A DNA stretch of 64,000 nt from a virus. The notes below the pieces were generated by a model. That model made no database searches, was not told the DNA's origin, and was given only the letters and a program-made list of their open reading frames with translations. The stretch is from IMG/VR virus record IMGVR_UViG_3300022925_000006; one strand, written 5' to 3'. Both the position numbers and the translations under genes were made by a program. Below, one piece after another: positions 8,605 to 17,210 of the stretch (within the stretch, counting starts at the first letter, position 1; every line of letters begins with the position of its first letter).

Positions 8605-9323
8605 ACGTTAGGCATTTAAGTTTTGCTATGATGTTCGTAATCGGTTTTGCGTATGCAGACAATGAAATATATATTGACCAAGTAGGAGATGGGTCTTCGA
8701 TTGACATCGTACAGGATGGTTCGGGGAACGTGATTGGTGGTTCTGCTTCAGACACCACTAAGATGTTACTTTCGGGTAGCAACATGGATTTCAATGTCAA
8801 CATGACTGGTTCGGGTAATACACTGATAGGTGATATTATTGGTTCTGGAACTATCGTTGACCTTGATATCAATGGTTCGAGTAATGACCTGTTATTTGAT
8901 ATTGATAAAGGAAATGTGTATGGAGCTACCAATGGCGATTACTTCATTAATATCACTGGTGGTAATAACGCTTTAGACTTTGATATTGGTTCGATTGATA
9001 CTGCCAACGACTTAGACTTTGACTTTGTCTTGGATGGTGATTTTAACACTGGAGACATTAATATTGATGCGTCAGGTTTGACATTCAATATGGATGTTGT
9101 AGGTGATAACAGTAACTTACTTTACAATGCTAGTGGTTATGATGGACACAACTTTGTGTTGAGAGGCATTGGTAGCTATTGGAATATAGAAGTAAATCAA
9201 GAATCAACTTTACAGTCTGATTCGTTGGAGATAGATTATGATGGTGACGGAACAAGTGCGACAGCGAATACTATTTGTATTAGTCAGTCTGATTCTGGTC
9301 TTAACTCCAACTGCGGTAACTAG
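8601..9323 (+). CDS. Secreted curlin-like beta-solenoid repeat protein
   Basis: Signal peptide (AYA|D); NEIYIDQVGDGSSIDIVQDGSGN and repeated x-hydrophobic-x-G-x-x-N units; rich in G, N and D. Confidence 0.75.
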   Translation: MNVRHLSFAMMFVIGFAYADNEIYIDQVGDGSSIDIVQDGSGNVIGGSASDTTKMLLSGSNMDFNVNMTGSGNTLIGDIIGSGTIVDLDINGSSNDLLFDIDKGNVYGATNGDYFINITGGNNALDFDIGSIDTANDLDFDFVLDGDFNTGDINIDASGLTFNMDVVGDNSNLLYNASGYDGHNFVLRGIGSYWNIEVNQESTLQSDSLEIDYDGDGTSATANTICISQSDSGLNSNCGN

Positions 9324-10359
9324 TGCTGACGTAGGCGCAGTAGATAAAGCGGTTGGTTGGAGACAGATTGTTCGTGATTTGAACAAGATTGAACCAAGGG
9401 CTGGTTCGGATATAGCACCCAAGGACGACCTTCGCACAGGTGAGGGACGGATGCAAGTGTCTTTTGTTGACGATAGTAAACTTCGTATGACAGAACATAC
9501 TCGCATAGTTATAGACAACGTAGTATTTGATGAAGACCCAAGTAAGTCTGATTTGGCAATGACCTTTGCTCAAGGTACGGCTAGATTTATATCTGGTCAA
9601 CTGGGTAAGGTTGATAAAGAGAATATCAGACTCAAGACCCCGACCGCATCTATCGGTATCCGTGGAACAGATTTCACGGTTACGGTAGATGAGTTTGGGA
9701 AAACTTTGGTTGTACTTTTGCCTGACGTAAACGGTATCTCCTCGGGCGAGATTATCGTTTCAACAATGACAGGTGAAGTAGTACTCAACAAACCATTTCA
9801 ATCTACCACAACAACCGTTGCCGAAGTGGCCCCAAGTGAACCAGCAATCCTAGATTTGACTCTGGATATGTTGAACAACATTATGATTATCAACCCACCT
9901 AAAAAGAAAGAGACTCAAGAAGAGTTCATGGCAAATGTCAGTGCGACCAAGAATATCAACCCTCTTGACGTAGACTTTTTAGACCAAGACTTGTTAACCG
10001 AAGAAGAACTAGAGAGGGACTATCTAGAATTCAATGAACTAGATATCAACTACTTAGATGTTGACCTACTCGAAGACTTATTGGATAGTTTCGATTCATT
10101 GGGTGAAGATGTGTTGAAAGAACAAGAGTCTACAGGTGAATTATCTCTCAGTGGCACCGAAGAAGGATTTGATACGGTTACTCAGGTTGCAACCATTGTA
10201 GATGGTGACAAGGTTACTTTTTCTAGAAACGTCAGTGACATTGCAGAGGTTTCGGTAGATAAGACATCATCAACTTTAATAACAATAGAACAAGACGGAA
10301 AATCACTAGACCCCATTAAATTAAACGGCCAAGATACTCAGATAAATATAGTACAATGA
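9238..10359 (+). CDS. FecR-domain periplasmic protein
   Basis: Signal peptide; D.LRTGEG.MQVSFVDDSKLRM, G.ARFISG, TPTASIGIRGTDF FecR signature; acidic C-terminal linker. The start may be the GTG near 9256. Confidence 0.85.
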   Translation: MMVTEQVRQRILFVLVSLILVLTPTAVTSADVGAVDKAVGWRQIVRDLNKIEPRAGSDIAPKDDLRTGEGRMQVSFVDDSKLRMTEHTRIVIDNVVFDEDPSKSDLAMTFAQGTARFISGQLGKVDKENIRLKTPTASIGIRGTDFTVTVDEFGKTLVVLLPDVNGISSGEIIVSTMTGEVVLNKPFQSTTTTVAEVAPSEPAILDLTLDMLNNIMIINPPKKKETQEEFMANVSATKNINPLDVDFLDQDLLTEEELERDYLEFNELDINYLDVDLLEDLLDSFDSLGEDVLKEQESTGELSLSGTEEGFDTVTQVATIVDGDKVTFSRNVSDIAEVSVDKTSSTLITIEQDGKSLDPIKLNGQDTQINIVQ

Positions 10360-12176
10360 AGACATGGCACGTTCTTATCACACTGGGGTTGATGGTAGGA
10401 TTACGATTTCTTGACCCCTTCCTATTAGAGAGTGCTAGACTCTCTTTCTTTGATTCCCTTCAAAGAAACCAAGAAACATCTATCTCAGAACAGATTGTAC
10501 TGGTAGATATTGACGAAAAGACTTTAGATAAGTTTGGTCAATATCCAATTCCCCGTAAGGTCATGGCAGATGAGATTGATAAGATTGATGGTAGTATTAT
10601 TGCATTCAATATCTTGTTCTCAGAAGAAGACAGAATGGGAGGCGATGAATACTTTGCAGACATTCTATCTTGGAAACAATCGGTGGTTGCTATTGCACCA
10701 TCCAATAGAACCAACACAGACTACCGACCACCCCGTATCGGAACTGCAACCTTTGGTGACCGAGATGCCGAAGACTTCAGACCCGAACTGCCAGGCATGT
10801 TATTTGCACAACCAATCATACATGAGAATGTATTTGGTTACGGAACGATATCATCTACACAGGATGTTGATGGTATCACAAGAAGACAACCTCTATTGGA
10901 AAACTTTGATGGAAGACTCTATCCCGCATTTGGATTAGATGTTCTCAGGGTTGCCGCAGGAGACTCATCTTATCAGATATCCACGGATGAATACGGAATC
11001 AAGTTTGTTCGTGTACCACAGTTTAAAAATATCATAACTGATACTAGTGGTAATATCACTATCGCATACTGGAATGAATTTAAGAGATACTCGTTCACGG
11101 AACTAGACACTATACCAAAAGGCAGTATAATCGTGATTGGAGCGAACTTTGAGGGTTCTAGTATAGTTGCGACACCCGTGGGGTCAATGTATCCTCATGA
11201 CATTCAAGCGAACATAATCAAGACTATGATTGATGGTGTCGTTTTAAAGCGACAGGACGAATTTATTTTCTATGAGGTCTTGACAAGTATCATACTTTCT
11301 GTTATACTATTAGCTTTTATAACCTATGCACCAATAAGTGTATCTGGTATGACGTTTGGTGTCATACTAGGTGGATTATATTACTTTGCCAACGATACCT
11401 TCTCAACCTACTATTATATGGTTGACCCTGTATTCCCTATATTAACGTTAGTAATAATATTTGCACATGGTTCCTTTGTACAGTTCTACACACAGTTTAA
11501 AGCTAAACAGATGATTAAGGGTCAGTTCGGAACTTACCTATCACCCGACATGGTAGACATGTTGGCAAAAGACCCAAGTCTCATGAAGTTAGGTGGTGAG
11601 AAGAAAGAGATGACGTTTCTGTTCATGGACATATGTGGATTCACCCCCATATCAGAACATTACAAAAACAAGGACGATGCGGAAGGATTGGTCACACTTA
11701 TTAATAACTATCTTAATGAGATGACGAAAATTATCCTAAATAACGGTGGTACAATCGACAAGTATATGGGCGATTGTATTATGGCATTTTGGAATGCACC
11801 TTTACCCTGTAAAAATCACGCAGAGATGGCAGTTAGGTCTGCAATAGAAATTGAAGAGAAAACGAATGAACTCCGAAGACAATATAGTGAACAGGGTCTA
11901 CCCCCCATCAATGTTGGAACTGGTATCAATACAGGTACTTGCATTGTTGGTAATATGGGTAGTGAGTCACGGTTTGATTATTCAGTCATCGGAGACGCAG
12001 TCAACCTTGCAGCAAGACTCGAAGCAACCGCAGCTCGAGGAGACTACCTTGAATACAAGACCATCTACTCTAGTTTCACAATGGAAAAACTCACCACTAT
12101 TAATTCGAGACCAATAGGTCAGATTAAAGTGAAGGGTAAGGAGGAAATGATTGATATCTTTACAATGGACAGATAA
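10356..12176 (+). CDS. CHASE2-domain class III adenylate cyclase
   Basis: IVLVDIDEKTL...GQYP.PR and DVDGITRR (CHASE2); three TM helices; FMDICGFT, IDKYMGDCIM, GNMGS..RFDYSVIGDAVNLAARLE. Catalytic and ATP-specifying residues are intact. Confidence 0.93.
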   Translation: MKTWHVLITLGLMVGLRFLDPFLLESARLSFFDSLQRNQETSISEQIVLVDIDEKTLDKFGQYPIPRKVMADEIDKIDGSIIAFNILFSEEDRMGGDEYFADILSWKQSVVAIAPSNRTNTDYRPPRIGTATFGDRDAEDFRPELPGMLFAQPIIHENVFGYGTISSTQDVDGITRRQPLLENFDGRLYPAFGLDVLRVAAGDSSYQISTDEYGIKFVRVPQFKNIITDTSGNITIAYWNEFKRYSFTELDTIPKGSIIVIGANFEGSSIVATPVGSMYPHDIQANIIKTMIDGVVLKRQDEFIFYEVLTSIILSVILLAFITYAPISVSGMTFGVILGGLYYFANDTFSTYYYMVDPVFPILTLVIIFAHGSFVQFYTQFKAKQMIKGQFGTYLSPDMVDMLAKDPSLMKLGGEKKEMTFLFMDICGFTPISEHYKNKDDAEGLVTLINNYLNEMTKIILNNGGTIDKYMGDCIMAFWNAPLPCKNHAEMAVRSAIEIEEKTNELRRQYSEQGLPPINVGTGINTGTCIVGNMGSESRFDYSVIGDAVNLAARLEATAARGDYLEYKTIYSSFTMEKLTTINSRPIGQIKVKGKEEMIDIFTMDR

Positions 12177-12305
12177 CTTCCTTTCACCACAATCCCCACT
12201 TCGGTGGTATAGACCGTAAGGTTCTCACTTTCTTCTTTTATAAGAAAAAGTTCTAAAAACTCCCCTTTTTATTCCATATTAATCTACTTATTATCAAAAT
12301 AAGTG

Positions 12306-12362
12306 TTGACGAAACCTGCCTAATCGACTATAATGTATATGTAAAGTCGAGTTGAGAGAGAG
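12306..12362 (+). promoter_or_regulatory. Early promoter cassette, family B
   Basis: TTGACG-17-TATAAT then GTATATGTAAAGTCGAGTTGAGAGAGAG, identical downstream to the copy at 16538. Confidence 0.85.
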
Positions 12363-12366
12363 AATT

Positions 12367-12510
12367 ATGGGTTATGTATTGCGTTGTTTGAAAACTGATT
12401 TTATTATTGTCAACAAAGTGTTTGAGACTGTTCCAAAAGCATTGAAGTATCGAATGGAACACTTGGAACGTGGTGTTGCGTGGGTTGATTATTTGGAGGA
12501 GGTTGTATAA
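12367..12510 (+). CDS. Small early protein (47 aa, not in the ORF track)
   Basis: MGYVLRCLKTDF...LEEVV*; directly after the promoter and GAGAG SD; TAATG-coupled to the next gene. Confidence 0.6.
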   Translation: MGYVLRCLKTDFIIVNKVFETVPKALKYRMEHLERGVAWVDYLEEVV

Positions 12511-12782
12511 TGGCTCTTGCACCAATGAGTGTTGAACCCGTGTTAGGTGAGTTCGTAGAGAAGGAGTGTGGTAACTACTTTCACTACTCTGAGAATGATG
12601 ACCCATTCCATTGGTGTGAGGACTTTCCCCACAAGATATGGGTAGGTGACCAGATTGGTTCTCCCTATCGTTATGGTCTGGTCAAGAAGACCGTTGCTTA
12701 TGTCTGTGTTGATGAAGATGAATTTGGTCTCCCTGTTGTGGAGAAATGGTTTCTTAAAAAGAACGTGGAGTTTATTGTATGA
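12510..12782 (+). CDS. Hypothetical early protein
   Basis: GGAGG SD; coupled to its neighbours. Confidence 0.65.
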   Translation: MALAPMSVEPVLGEFVEKECGNYFHYSENDDPFHWCEDFPHKIWVGDQIGSPYRYGLVKKTVAYVCVDEDEFGLPVVEKWFLKKNVEFIV

Positions 12783-13018
12783 TTAACGAAAATGGTATAG
12801 AAGTAATCCCTACCCATATTGGAGGTGTGTGGAACATTACACATTCCTTTACACAATCCAAGACAGATGTCTCGGAATACTACTACAACCCTGAGTTGGA
12901 TAAGTTTGGTAACAAGGATGACTGGGTCTGCAAAGACGGTTGGGTACGCATCGTTGTTGACGCATCTCTGCCCGCCCAAGAAGTTGACAAAATCTTTTTT
13001 TACTTATTTTCAAAATAA
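12779..13018 (+). CDS. Hypothetical early protein
   Basis: ATGA overlap; GGAG SD. Confidence 0.55.
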   Translation: MINENGIEVIPTHIGGVWNITHSFTQSKTDVSEYYYNPELDKFGNKDDWVCKDGWVRIVVDASLPAQEVDKIFFYLFSK

Positions 13019-13021
13019 CGC

Positions 13022-13056
13022 TTGACAAACGTTGCTGTTGTTGTTATAATAAGTAC
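13022..13056 (+). promoter_or_regulatory. Early promoter cassette (A/B hybrid)
   Basis: TTGACA-17-TATAAT-AAGTAC followed by the family B leader TCGAGTTGAGAGAG. Confidence 0.85.
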
Positions 13057-13084
13057 TTAGTTAATCGAGTTGAGAGAGTAAATT

Positions 13085-13222
13085 ATGAATTATGAAGTTT
13101 CAATCCTAATGAACGACCTTGCGATGCTGATAGAGGCATCAGAGATTTTCACTGAAGCGGAGTACAATAAAAAGTACAACGCACTAATAAAAGAAATAAC
13201 TGCCTTAGGAGGGTTTGAATAA
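13085..13222 (+). CDS. Small early protein (45 aa, not in the ORF track)
   Basis: MNYEVSILMNDL...GGFE*; after the promoter; TAATG-coupled. Confidence 0.55.
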   Translation: MNYEVSILMNDLAMLIEASEIFTEAEYNKKYNALIKEITALGGFE

Positions 13223-13446
13223 TGATGATTAATGGATTAATAGGTACGCATCTCGCAACGAACGAAAGTGTTGAGATACCGATGAACTACAAAGAGATGC
13301 AATTGGCGCTTGACGATACTAATACTATCGGCGAGTCATGGTTTATGATGACTGATATGGTGTTCGACAGAACTGGTATCGAGATAGTTGACCAAATCGA
13401 ATTGAACTACATCGTTGTTAACGGTGTTCAGAAAGTATTTCACTAG
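13222..13446 (+). CDS. Hypothetical early protein
   Basis: AGGAGG SD. Confidence 0.65.
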   Translation: MMINGLIGTHLATNESVEIPMNYKEMQLALDDTNTIGESWFMMTDMVFDRTGIEIVDQIELNYIVVNGVQKVFH

Positions 13447-13456
13447 GAGATTTATT

Positions 13457-13810
13457 ATGGGTATTCACGTAAACATTTATAAGCAAGCAAGAGACGAAGA
13501 TTCTATTTTCGGTAACAATGACTGCACCGCTGGTGGCGAGTCAAGTTATGCAAAAGGTTTTTGTGTGGTAAACGCAGAAGGGCCATTTGAACCGTGTGAG
13601 GATTATCCTGCCGCAGAGTTAGTGATGGCAGAACCAATCGGTGGTAGAAAAATCCTCAGACTGATTCCAGTTTCCAAGAAAGGAAAGTGGACAATGTTTG
13701 GTGGTAACTATGCGGGTTGTTCTGACTCAAGGTTCTCAAGACTTTGTGACCAACTACTCGGTGGTTCGTTCTACGGTGCGGTTGCAGTTCACGATAGGGT
13801 GGAAGGTTGA
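13457..13810 (+). CDS. Hypothetical early protein
   Basis: AGGAG SD before ATG 13457; MFGGNY...SDSRFS...AVHDRVE. Confidence 0.7.
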   Translation: MGIHVNIYKQARDEDSIFGNNDCTAGGESSYAKGFCVVNAEGPFEPCEDYPAAELVMAEPIGGRKILRLIPVSKKGKWTMFGGNYAGCSDSRFSRLCDQLLGGSFYGAVAVHDRVEG

Positions 13811-13819
13811 AATTAGGGC

Positions 13820-13859
13820 TTGACAAAGTCCGCACTTATTGTTATAATAAGTACATAAA
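13820..13859 (+). promoter_or_regulatory. Early promoter cassette, family A
   Basis: TTGACA-17-TATAAT-AAGTACATAAA. Confidence 0.85.
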
Positions 13860-13881
13860 CAAATAAAAGAGAGAATATATT

Positions 13882-14847
13882 ATGAGCATGAATGACGTTT
13901 TACAGATTGAAACAATGGCCTATGCGGGGTCTTCACCTTGGGGTGAGATTGGTACGCAAGTACCGAACGACCTATCCCCACAACAAATTATGACTAAGGC
14001 AGGACTTGACTGGTCTGTCGAGAAAGTCCCGACCTTTGCAATCATGGGTGATGAACAAATCCCCACGGGTCAGGAAGCACTTGTCAGGTCTTCGGACAAC
14101 AAGATTCTAACTCAGGTTGGTAAGAACTGGCATCCTGTCCAGAACGAAACTGCGTTTGAGTTCTTCAACGACTTCTGTTTGGAAGGTGGTATGGATATGC
14201 ATACTGCGGGTTCACTGAAGGGTGGTAAGATGGTCTGGGCACTCGCCAAGATTAACGAGTCATTCGATGTGTTGAAGGGTGACCAAGTAGATTCCTACCT
14301 GTTGTTCTCCAACCCACACGAGTATGGTAAGTCAATCGATGTTAGATTCACCCCAATCCGTGTTACTTGTATGAACACCCTTGCGATGGCAATCAAAGGT
14401 TCTGCGGTTAACGGAATGAAACTTAATCACCGTAAGGCATTTGACCCTCGTAAAGTAAAAGAGACTATGGGTATTGCACACGAGAAGTTTGAACAATACA
14501 AAGATGTTGCTCAGTTCCTTGCTGGTAAACAGTTCTCTATGGACGCACTGGTTCAATACTACAACGATGTGTTCCCTAGAACGTATCAGGGTAAAGAAGA
14601 AGTCGAAGTCAAGACGATTCAGGACTTGACCTCTAATGGTCAGAAAGCGTTTGAGTTCTTGGAGTCACAGCCTGGTGCTGAGTTCGGAAAGGGTTCATGG
14701 TGGCAAGCACTTAACAGTGTGACCTACTTGACTGACCACCAGATGGGTAGGGAAGCGGACTCAAGATTGACTTCCGCATGGTTCGGTGCTAACCAGACCA
14801 GAAAAATCAAAGCAGTGGAAAGGGCAGTCGCATTAGCGGCTGCTTAA
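13882..14847 (+). CDS. DUF932/DUF945 phage-plasmid protein
   Basis: PW...G, AGLDW.V, VQN..AF.FF, AGSL.GGK.VW, FTPIRV.C.NTL, W.A.N.VT...DH. Confidence 0.85.
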   Translation: MSMNDVLQIETMAYAGSSPWGEIGTQVPNDLSPQQIMTKAGLDWSVEKVPTFAIMGDEQIPTGQEALVRSSDNKILTQVGKNWHPVQNETAFEFFNDFCLEGGMDMHTAGSLKGGKMVWALAKINESFDVLKGDQVDSYLLFSNPHEYGKSIDVRFTPIRVTCMNTLAMAIKGSAVNGMKLNHRKAFDPRKVKETMGIAHEKFEQYKDVAQFLAGKQFSMDALVQYYNDVFPRTYQGKEEVEVKTIQDLTSNGQKAFEFLESQPGAEFGKGSWWQALNSVTYLTDHQMGREADSRLTSAWFGANQTRKIKAVERAVALAAA

Positions 14848-14876
14848 TTGATTGATATATAGGAGTACGTTTTATA

Positions 14877-15044
14877 GTGAAACGTGGTGAGAAAAGTTTA
14901 GCTGTAAGAGCAGAGCAACAGATTTCGATTTGTTGCGAAACTCTTTGTGACCGTGAAACGGTAATAGAATATATTGACGAACTTAAAGTGGAAATCGCAG
15001 ATATGAAAAAGTATATTGCGGCACTTGAAGAAGCAATACAATGA
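14877..15044 (+). CDS. Small coiled-coil protein (55 aa, not in the ORF track)
   Basis: AGGAG upstream of GTG; MKRGEKSLAV...LEEAIQ*. Confidence 0.5.
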   Translation: MKRGEKSLAVRAEQQISICCETLCDRETVIEYIDELKVEIADMKKYIAALEEAIQ

Positions 15045-15053
15045 TAATTAAAA

Positions 15054-15338
15054 ATGGAGAAAAAAATGAAATTGAATGATGTAGTTGCCGTTATGTGCAA
15101 CAGTGGTGAATATGTTGGTAAATATTCCAAAGAAGATGACACTACGGTAACAATTACCGACCCTCGAATGGTAGTAAGTACCCAAGAAGGTCTGGGATTT
15201 GCACATGGTATCTGTGTTACTGGTGAGGCTGATGTCCGTACCGTTGACATATATAAGTCTAGTGTGTGTTTTGTAACGCCTGTTAATGATGATTTGCGTA
15301 AAGCATATATTAAAAACACGAGTGGACTTATCGTCTAA
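15054..15338 (+). CDS. Hypothetical, possibly Sm-like fold
   Basis: VVAV...SGEYVGK......VTITDPR.V beta-rich pattern. Confidence 0.5.
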   Translation: MEKKMKLNDVVAVMCNSGEYVGKYSKEDDTTVTITDPRMVVSTQEGLGFAHGICVTGEADVRTVDIYKSSVCFVTPVNDDLRKAYIKNTSGLIV

Positions 15339-16516
15339 TGAAACGTAGGATTCTATGCGTAGATTACGGTCTATGCAATTTCCACAATCTAAGGATACTG
15401 GCAGAGGCTGGCCACGAAGTTTTTGTAACCAATACTTCGGGGAAAGCCCCTCATCGAGCACCAACCGCTTACTATAAATCTTTGGGAATAACACTATTAG
15501 ATGACTTGGGGGTTACTGAACGTGAGAGTGTTGCACGTAGATTCGTGAAGGATAATAGGATTGACACCATTATCAATTCATGGCCTAAGTTTATTGTACC
15601 AAATGAATGGAAACGTGACCTAGACTATATTGGACTTAGCGAAGAGTCCGCATGGTTAGAATGTCGTAAGTGGTGGACAAGACAACATATCGATGAACTT
15701 GGAGTTAAACTTCCGAAGTTACTGGATAAGGTAACTGCCCCTTGTGTAGTCAAACCAATACAGACATCTGGAAATAACGATAGTGCGTCAATTGTTCTCA
15801 ATCAAAACCATGTCGATTGGGTAGGAAGATTATTAGACGTAGACCCAGCATTCGATTATTATATTGAAGAGTATATCTCTGATAACATTGAGACCAATGT
15901 TGAGTTTGTTGTCTCTGGTGGTAAGTGGTCTATCTACCATCATCAACAGGTGATGGGTGAGGATGATGCAAAAATAGCTGGTAACTTTACTCACTGGACT
16001 CGTTTTGCAGGATATAAGAAATTGTCTGGTAAAAATCTTGAAATCACTCTGGATAATGCAAAGGTCATTCTAGACTGGGTAGCGACACTGGGCGGTGATT
16101 ATCTTGGTCAGATTACTGGACTTATCAAAGATGGTGAGTGGTACTTCTGTGAGATAAACTCTCGACCCGAACAATCCAATAGTCTGCCTTACTTTATTAC
16201 TGGGGATGAATGGTTGGAAGCAATGCATGGGAAACCTGAGATAATCGGAGACTCATATGGTGAAGTTCAGAAGGTGGTACTACAACCCGACTCTCCAGAT
16301 GTCCCATATCCATTTCACCTACATGAGAAGTATGGAGTTAATATCCCATGTGGACTAGACATCCTTGCTGGTAAACACCGACTATCTCGACAGTTTAGGA
16401 AAAGGTCACCTGATAAATGTATCGGAATTATCGTGGTTGACCGCAAAATACCCACAGATTTCATCGATGAGATTGAAAATAATTCCAAATATTCTGTAAG
16501 TCATTGTTTTTTATAG
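15338..16516 (+). CDS. ATP-grasp ligase, PurD-like
   Basis: A.LECRK.W, PCVVKP, YIEEYI, FCEINSRP ATP-grasp motifs; divergent from true PurD. Confidence 0.65.
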   Translation: MKRRILCVDYGLCNFHNLRILAEAGHEVFVTNTSGKAPHRAPTAYYKSLGITLLDDLGVTERESVARRFVKDNRIDTIINSWPKFIVPNEWKRDLDYIGLSEESAWLECRKWWTRQHIDELGVKLPKLLDKVTAPCVVKPIQTSGNNDSASIVLNQNHVDWVGRLLDVDPAFDYYIEEYISDNIETNVEFVVSGGKWSIYHHQQVMGEDDAKIAGNFTHWTRFAGYKKLSGKNLEITLDNAKVILDWVATLGGDYLGQITGLIKDGEWYFCEINSRPEQSNSLPYFITGDEWLEAMHGKPEIIGDSYGEVQKVVLQPDSPDVPYPFHLHEKYGVNIPCGLDILAGKHRLSRQFRKRSPDKCIGIIVVDRKIPTDFIDEIENNSKYSVSHCFL

Positions 16517-16537
16517 GAATCTTATTTTCGAAATAAG

Positions 16538-16594
16538 TTGACAAACCTTGCCCAATAGACTATAATGTATATGTAAAGTCGAGTTGAGAGAGAG
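16538..16594 (+). promoter_or_regulatory. Early promoter cassette, family B
   Basis: TTGACA-17-TATAAT-GTATATGTAAAGTCGAGTTGAGAGAGAG. Confidence 0.85.
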
Positions 16595-16600
16595 TTTATT

Positions 16601-16723
16601 ATGCAGATAACATACAAAGGATATTGCGCTCTGGGTGGCGCATCTAATCCAAGACTTTACTCACGAACTGTGTATTTGGGTAAACACTATATGCACACCG
16701 CTTATTACTTGATGGGGTACTAA
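16601..16723 (+). CDS. Small early protein (40 aa, not in the ORF track)
   Basis: MQITYKGYCALGGASNPRLY...; first ATG after the promoter cassette. Confidence 0.5.
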   Translation: MQITYKGYCALGGASNPRLYSRTVYLGKHYMHTAYYLMGY

Positions 16724-16724
16724 T

Positions 16725-17135
16725 ATGTATAGTATTGAAGGTCGTCACGCTAAACCAGAAATCGTTGCGGAGTACGTTATCCGTCTTATGCAAGCTTTGA
16801 AGATTCACCGATTCACCGCCAAACATATCACCGTCAAGTTCAAGTCTGAACTACCTGACTATGCTCAGGGACTTTGTGAGGGTGATAAAGATTACGCCTA
16901 CATTCAGATAGGTAAGTTCGACCAAACCTTTCTTCAACAGATGCAAGCACTGGCCCACGAGATGGTACATGCTCGTCAGTTCCTTCGTGGTCAATTGAGT
17001 GCTGAAGGTGTGTGGAAGTGGAAGGGTCGCAATGCTGACAACTACGCTTACACTAACCAACCTTGGGAAAAAGAAGCCTACCGTCTCGAACGTGAATTGT
17101 TCCTTGATTGTTTCCCGTTTGAGAAGATGGTGTAA
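16725..17135 (+). CDS. Zincin-like metallopeptidase
   Basis: LAHEMVHARQ HExxH motif; Y..QPWEKEA. Confidence 0.75.
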   Translation: MYSIEGRHAKPEIVAEYVIRLMQALKIHRFTAKHITVKFKSELPDYAQGLCEGDKDYAYIQIGKFDQTFLQQMQALAHEMVHARQFLRGQLSAEGVWKWKGRNADNYAYTNQPWEKEAYRLERELFLDCFPFEKMV

Positions 17136-17143
17136 TTTAGGGG

Positions 17144-17200
17144 TTGCCGATTGTTGTTTTGTGTGATATAATACTTGTATTGAGAATGAGAAGAGAGAGG
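17144..17200 (+). promoter_or_regulatory. Early promoter cassette, family C
   Basis: TTGCCG-17-TATAAT then ACTTGTATTGA.AATGAGAA, shared with 63817. Confidence 0.75.
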
Positions 17201-17210
17201 TGATTATATA

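Noticed and set aside
6840-12176. Host chromosomal contamination or prophage boundary (bacterial-type csg and cyclase genes)
   Set aside because: The operon is driven by a phage late box, has the same composition and gene-overlap style as its surroundings, and is flanked by phage genes with no integrase or att evidence.
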